Assembly (NCBI GenBank): GCA_046052125.1
Contig: JBJOMY010000001.1
Location: 128,001 to 192,000 of the forward strand
DNA from: Cyanobacteriota bacterium
GTDB lineage: Bacteria; Cyanobacteriota; Cyanobacteriia; PCC-6307; Cyanobiaceae
Length of the DNA stretch: 64,000 bases
Direction: 5' to 3'
In this document: positions 59,715 to 64,000 of the stretch, in pieces
How positions within the stretch are numbered: position 1 is the stretch's first letter
Layout: the number at the start of each line of letters is the position of its first letter
Position numbers and translations under genes: made by a program
Notes under the pieces: generated by a model
What the model was told of the DNA's origin: nothing
Seen by the model: only the letters and a program-made list of their open reading frames with translations
Databases searched by the model: none

Positions 59715-60828
59715 ACTGGGAGTTCACGCGCGAGCCAGGAGCGGTGAACACCGCTGTCCCGTCGTTGCCGATCGTGCCCCGCAGCTGACTGGCGCGGGTG
59801 ATCTGTTTGTAACTCTTGCGGCGCAGCTCCACGTTGCCCTGGGCTTCAAAGCGACCCGTGGGCCAGTTCCATTGGCAGCGCTCGGCGTTGAGCTGTTCAC
59901 CCGGCTGGCGCAGGGCGCAGCCCTGGGGGATGAATACGGTGCTGGTGGCGAGATTCACGCTGAAACGCTCACCCTGCCCCTGCATCTTCTTGAACGCCCC
60001 CTGGAACGGTTGATCGCTGCTGAGCCGTTGGTCGTTGATCAGCCAGCGGGTTTGCTGGGCGTTGAGCCAGCCGCTCCGCTTGGGATCACGCACCTGCACC
60101 GGTGCGAGCAGGTCCACAAAGCCAGCGCGCAGGTTGCCCTGCAGGGCTTTGGCCGTGAGGTTCATCAGCGAACCCTTCTCGCGGCGCGTTCCGCGCACCA
60201 GCTCGGGCGCCCTGAGATCGCCCTGCTCTGGCCGCCAATCCACGGCGGCAGTTTGGACCCGCAGCGGCGCTGAACCTGGCGTGCGCTTCCTGGCGCCCTT
60301 GCCATCCCACTGCTCCAACAGCGGCTGGCCGCGCAGTTCCACCAGATCGCGGTCGAGGTAGTAGGTGGCGAGCTGGGCGCTGAGGCGTGAGCGGCGATCC
60401 AGGGCAACGGGTTGCCGATCGATCAGCATCAGCGAGCGCGAGGGGATCCAGCGGGCCTGTTGGCCCGTGATCCGCACCGGGTTCTTGCCGAGCAGCGTGA
60501 TCAACACATCGCCCTCCAGCTGGATCGCCTGGCCATCGCCGATCACCGTGGCGCTGCGGGCGCTCACGGTGATGTTGGCCTTGCCACGCTTGAAGATTGT
60601 TCCTCGGGGCTCACGCGCCTGAGCAACTTGGCGGCTGATGTCGTAGCGGGCTTCCGGACTGCGCAGTTCCCAGGCGGCACGGCCCTTGGCGTCCTGCTGT
60701 TCCAGATCCAGCGACTTGAACACAAACGGCTCCGCCGGAGGCGGAACACGCGTCTTGCTCGCACAGCCCACCAACAACAGCGCCGCCGCTGCGGCGGGCG
60801 CCACACGCTTCACCAAGCCGTTGCTCAC
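59647..60828 (-). CDS. LPS export LptC-like lipoprotein
   Basis: Lipobox LVGC, LEQQDAKGRAAWEL, beta-jellyroll-like repeats; follows metG. Confidence 0.75.
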   Translation of the reverse strand: MSNGLVKRVAPAAAAALLLVGCASKTRVPPPAEPFVFKSLDLEQQDAKGRAAWELRSPEARYDISRQVAQAREPRGTIFKRGKANITVSARSATVIGDGQAIQLEGDVLITLLGKNPVRITGQQARWIPSRSLMLIDRQPVALDRRSRLSAQLATYYLDRDLVELRGQPLLEQWDGKGARKRTPGSAPLRVQTAAVDWRPEQGDLRAPELVRGTRREKGSLMNLTAKALQGNLRAGFVDLLAPVQVRDPKRSGWLNAQQTRWLINDQRLSSDQPFQGAFKKMQGQGERFSVNLATSTVFIPQGCALRQPGEQLNAERCQWNWPTGRFEAQGNVELRRKSYKQITRASQLRGTIGNDGTAVFTAPGSRVNSQFTLPPKQKGQPKPARSTPAVRF

Positions 60829-62393
60829 AGGGGATCGTCCAGCTCGAGCCGCGCCATCACGGGCGATGGTTCCGGCAACACTGCCCCGGCCTCAAGCCCG
60901 CCCCAGGCGAGTTGCTGCAGCCAGGCGCCATCCACCGCTGCATCGGCGCCCGACTGAGGAACGTTCTGGCCCAGTTGCACGAGCATCCGCTCACTGAGAT
61001 CCGGAAGCAGGGGCGCCATCAGCAACGCCACGATCCGGGCGGCTTCGAGCACGGCGTAGAGATCATCCGCCACCTGCTCACGCGTGCCCTCCTGCTTCAT
61101 GCGGCTCCAGGGCGCCTGCTCATTGAGGAAGCCATTGGCGGCGATCGCTAGCTGCAGCGTGGCCTCGGCGGCGGAGCGGAATTCCAGCTGCTCCAGGGCC
61201 GAAAGCACCGTGCTGCGGGCTGTCTCAGCCGCCTGGGCGAGCGGATGGGACCCATCACGGGCGGTGCTGGCCGGCGGCACGCAATCCTCAAACCATCGGC
61301 GCGCCATCGAGCTCGTGCGGTTGAGCAGGTTGCCGATCGTGTTGGCCAGATCGTTGTTCACCAGATCGGTGAAGCGTTGCTGCTGGAAGTCGCCGTCGTC
61401 GCCGAAGGGGATATCGCGCAGCAGATACCAACGCACCGCATCGCGGCCGCAACGCTCAAGCAGCTCCCCTGGATCGAGCACGTTGCCCAGGGATTTGCCC
61501 ATCTTCTGGCCCTCGCGTGTGAGGAAGCCATGGCCAAACACCTTGGCCGGCAAGGGAAGCCCGGCGGACAGCAACATCGCCGGCCAGTACACGGCGTGGA
61601 AGCGCAGGATGTCCTTGCCGATCACGTGCACCGAAGCGGGCCAGCCCCGGCTGAGGGCGGTGTCGAGATCCGGTGCGTCGCTTGCCTCGAGCAAGGCGGT
61701 GATGTAGCCGAGCAGCGCGTCGAACCACACATAAAAAGTGTGGCCCTCATGGCCGGGCACGGGGATCCCCCAGGGGAGATTCACGCGGGAGATCGAGAAA
61801 TCACGCAGCCCCTGCTTCACGAAGTTCTCCACCTCGTTGCGGCGGCTGGCGGGCTGGATGAAGCCCGGCTGGGTGATCAGCGCCTCGATCTGCTCCTGAT
61901 AGCGCGAGAGCCGGAAGAACAGGTTCAGCTCATCGCGCCATTCCAGCGGCCGCCGGTGGGTGGGGCATTCAGGGTCCTGCGCTTCGTGGGGGTCGTCTTT
62001 GAACTCCTCGCAGGCCACGCAGTACCAGCCCTGCTGGCGCCCTTCGACGATGTCGCCGTTGGCCTCCACCCGCGCGAAGAACTGCTCCACGATCTGGCGG
62101 TGGCGCGGATCGGTGGTGCGGATCAGGCGGTTGTTGCTGATCTGCCAGCGCTGCCACAGCTCGCGGTATTGGGCGCTGACGCCATCGCAGTGGGCCTGAG
62201 GGCTGAGCCCAGCCGCTTCAGCGGTGCGTTGAATCTTCTGACCGTGCTCATCGCAACCGGTGATGAACAGCACCGGTTCACCCTTCAGCCGCTGAAACCG
62301 CGCCAAGGCATCGCAGGCCAGCGTGGTGTAAGCGCTGCCCAGATGCGGCTTGTCGTTGACGTAGTAGAGCGGGGTGGTGAGGGTGTAAGTCAT
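60825..62393 (-). CDS. metG: Methionine--tRNA ligase
   Basis: TTPLYYVN, HLGS, DEHGQK, GKDILRFH, KMGKS. Confidence 0.96.
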   Translation of the reverse strand: MTYTLTTPLYYVNDKPHLGSAYTTLACDALARFQRLKGEPVLFITGCDEHGQKIQRTAEAAGLSPQAHCDGVSAQYRELWQRWQISNNRLIRTTDPRHRQIVEQFFARVEANGDIVEGRQQGWYCVACEEFKDDPHEAQDPECPTHRRPLEWRDELNLFFRLSRYQEQIEALITQPGFIQPASRRNEVENFVKQGLRDFSISRVNLPWGIPVPGHEGHTFYVWFDALLGYITALLEASDAPDLDTALSRGWPASVHVIGKDILRFHAVYWPAMLLSAGLPLPAKVFGHGFLTREGQKMGKSLGNVLDPGELLERCGRDAVRWYLLRDIPFGDDGDFQQQRFTDLVNNDLANTIGNLLNRTSSMARRWFEDCVPPASTARDGSHPLAQAAETARSTVLSALEQLEFRSAAEATLQLAIAANGFLNEQAPWSRMKQEGTREQVADDLYAVLEAARIVALLMAPLLPDLSERMLVQLGQNVPQSGADAAVDGAWLQQLAWGGLEAGAVLPEPSPVMARLELDDPL

Positions 62394-62476
62394 CGGCGGG
62401 ATCCTACGGAGCTGCACCGATGGCGTCAGCGCCGCTGGGCTGGCAGGCTCGGCTCCACTCCTGAACGCTGCGATCC

Positions 62477-64000
62477 ATGACCCCAGCCATCGATGCGGTG
62501 GATGTGTTGGTGTGGGGCGGCGGCGCCGGCGGTGTGGCCGCCGCGATTCAGGCCGCCCGCAGCGGAGCCTCAACCCTTCTGCTCACACCGGGCTCCTGGC
62601 TCGGTGGCATGGTGAGCGCCGCCGGGGTGTGCTGCCCCGATGGCAATGAACTCACCCCCTGGCAAACGGGCCTCTGGGGCTCCTTCCTGCGGGCTCTAGA
62701 ACAGGCGGAACCCACGGGGCTCGATCACAACTGGGTGAGCTGTTTCGGCTATCGGCCAGCCACGGCCGAGGCGATCCTGCAGGGCTGGGTGCAGGAGTTG
62801 CCAACCCTGCAGTGGTGGCCGCGTTGCCGCTTGCTGGAGGTGGATCGCCAGGGGAGCCGGATCAAATCGGTGCGCGTGGAGGCCGCTGGCGCGGTGCATC
62901 AGGTGCGCTGCAGCGTGGTGATTGATGGCAGTGATCGCGGCGAATTGTTGCCGCTGGCAGGTGCGGCGTATCGGCTGGGCTGGGAACCCCAGGAGCAGTG
63001 GGGGGAACCGAGCGCTCCAGCTCAGGCACGCCTGGAGAGCGAGGCGTTCTTCCAGCAGCAACCGGTGCAGTCGCCCACCTGGGTGGTGATGGCGCAACTG
63101 CAGAGCGATCGGTTCGCTCCGGAGCCAAGCCGTGGGATCGATCCCTCGGCTCCCACTCCATTGGCAACGCCCTTTGAGCGGGCTTGCGAGGCCTTTGGCC
63201 TTGAGCGCACGATCACCTATGGGCGATTGCCCGGTGGCCTGGTGATGCTCAATTGGCCGCTGCACGGCAACGACTGGGATCACGGCCTGGAGCGTGCCTT
63301 CAGCGCTGATACCCAAGAGCAAGAGGCTCTGGCATCTGATATGCAGGCCCACAGCCTCCGATTCGCCGAGGCAATGAAGGAGGCCAGCGGTGGTTGGCTG
63401 CAGTTGGGAGAGGCTTTTCCTACTGCTGCCAGCACCCCGGCGCCCTGGCTGGCGGCGATGCCCTACTGGCGTGAAGGCCGGCGGATGCTCGGTCGCCACA
63501 CCGTGATCGAGCAGGAGCTGTTGCCGGTGGGCAGCGGTGAGTCAGTGGGTCCGCTGCCGCTGGATGGCGCAGGCGCGCTGCAATCGATCGCAGTGGGCAA
63601 CTACGCCAACGACCACCACTACCCAGGCCCCGACTGGCCCCTGGCACCGAAGAGCATCCGCTGGGGCGGGCGTTGGAGCGGCACCCCCTTTTGCATTCCC
63701 TACGGCGCGTTGGTGAGCGCCGAGATAGACAACCTGTTGGCGGCGGATAAGGCCTTCAGCACCAGCCACATGGCCAATGGGGCAACCCGCCTGCAGCCGC
63801 TGATCCTGAATGTGGGCCAGGCCGCCGGTGCCGCCGCCGCTCTCGCCGTGCGCAGCGGCGTTCCGCCGGCGGAGCTACCGGTGCGTGCGCTGCAGGAGTG
63901 TCTGATCAACGACGAACGCGCGCCCTCCGCCGTGGCTCCGCTCTGGGACGTGCCCTGGCATCACCCCCAGTGGCGCGAGCGGCAGCTGGCCGCCCTCAAC
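62477..64000 (+). CDS. FAD-dependent oxidoreductase (runs off the window)
   Basis: MTPAIDAVDVLVWGGGAGGVAAA Rossmann motif; PYWREGRR; NGATRLQP. Confidence 0.88.
   Translation, partial: MTPAIDAVDVLVWGGGAGGVAAAIQAARSGASTLLLTPGSWLGGMVSAAGVCCPDGNELTPWQTGLWGSFLRALEQAEPTGLDHNWVSCFGYRPATAEAILQGWVQELPTLQWWPRCRLLEVDRQGSRIKSVRVEAAGAVHQVRCSVVIDGSDRGELLPLAGAAYRLGWEPQEQWGEPSAPAQARLESEAFFQQQPVQSPTWVVMAQLQSDRFAPEPSRGIDPSAPTPLATPFERACEAFGLERTITYGRLPGGLVMLNWPLHGNDWDHGLERAFSADTQEQEALASDMQAHSLRFAEAMKEASGGWLQLGEAFPTAASTPAPWLAAMPYWREGRRMLGRHTVIEQELLPVGSGESVGPLPLDGAGALQSIAVGNYANDHHYPGPDWPLAPKSIRWGGRWSGTPFCIPYGALVSAEIDNLLAADKAFSTSHMANGATRLQPLILNVGQAAGAAAALAVRSGVPPAELPVRALQECLINDERAPSAVAPLWDVPWHHPQWRERQLAALN

Noticed and set aside
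61245..63499. Long antisense ORFs over metG and the oxidoreductase
   Set aside because: Shadow ORFs typical of high-GC coding DNA.

Overview
GC-rich picocyanobacterial DNA (Synechococcus/Cyanobium-like, inferred from pxcA, psb32, ccb4, hli, cyAbrB and rpaB-type genes). About 54.4-64 kb is ordinary core chromosome (LysM/M23 peptidase, trmL, cobU, pxcA, psb32, ccb4, lptC-like, metG). Left of a tRNA-Met(CAT) at 54263-54336 lies a large accessory region. (i) An integrated element, core about 31.9-54.2 kb. It has a tyrosine integrase; an initiator-like/DnaB-like helicase/DnaG primase operon next to a 5x23-bp iteron array; two sigma-70-family genes; a LuxR-type regulator; a metallophosphoesterase; and a SLOG-Gp157-Rad52 operon preceded by a LexA-type box and a long DNA-type hairpin. 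No capsid, terminase, relaxase or T4SS gene was recognised. (ii) A 22-31.9 kb zone of toxin-antitoxin pairs, pseudogenes and a diverged second copy of one module of the element carrying different cargo. (iii) A 0-21.9 kb sulfur-acquisition cluster (cysWT, cysA, two sbp, cysK, CysR-like, Rrf2, chrA) interrupted by an AT-rich EcoRV-like restriction-modification pair beside an anmK fragment, followed by extra regulator and desaturase genes. The best candidate for an undescribed system is the self-replicating, apparently SOS-linked, capsid-less integrated element with conserved cargo slots. I found no second att site in the window. All family calls come from motifs read by eye; no database was searched.
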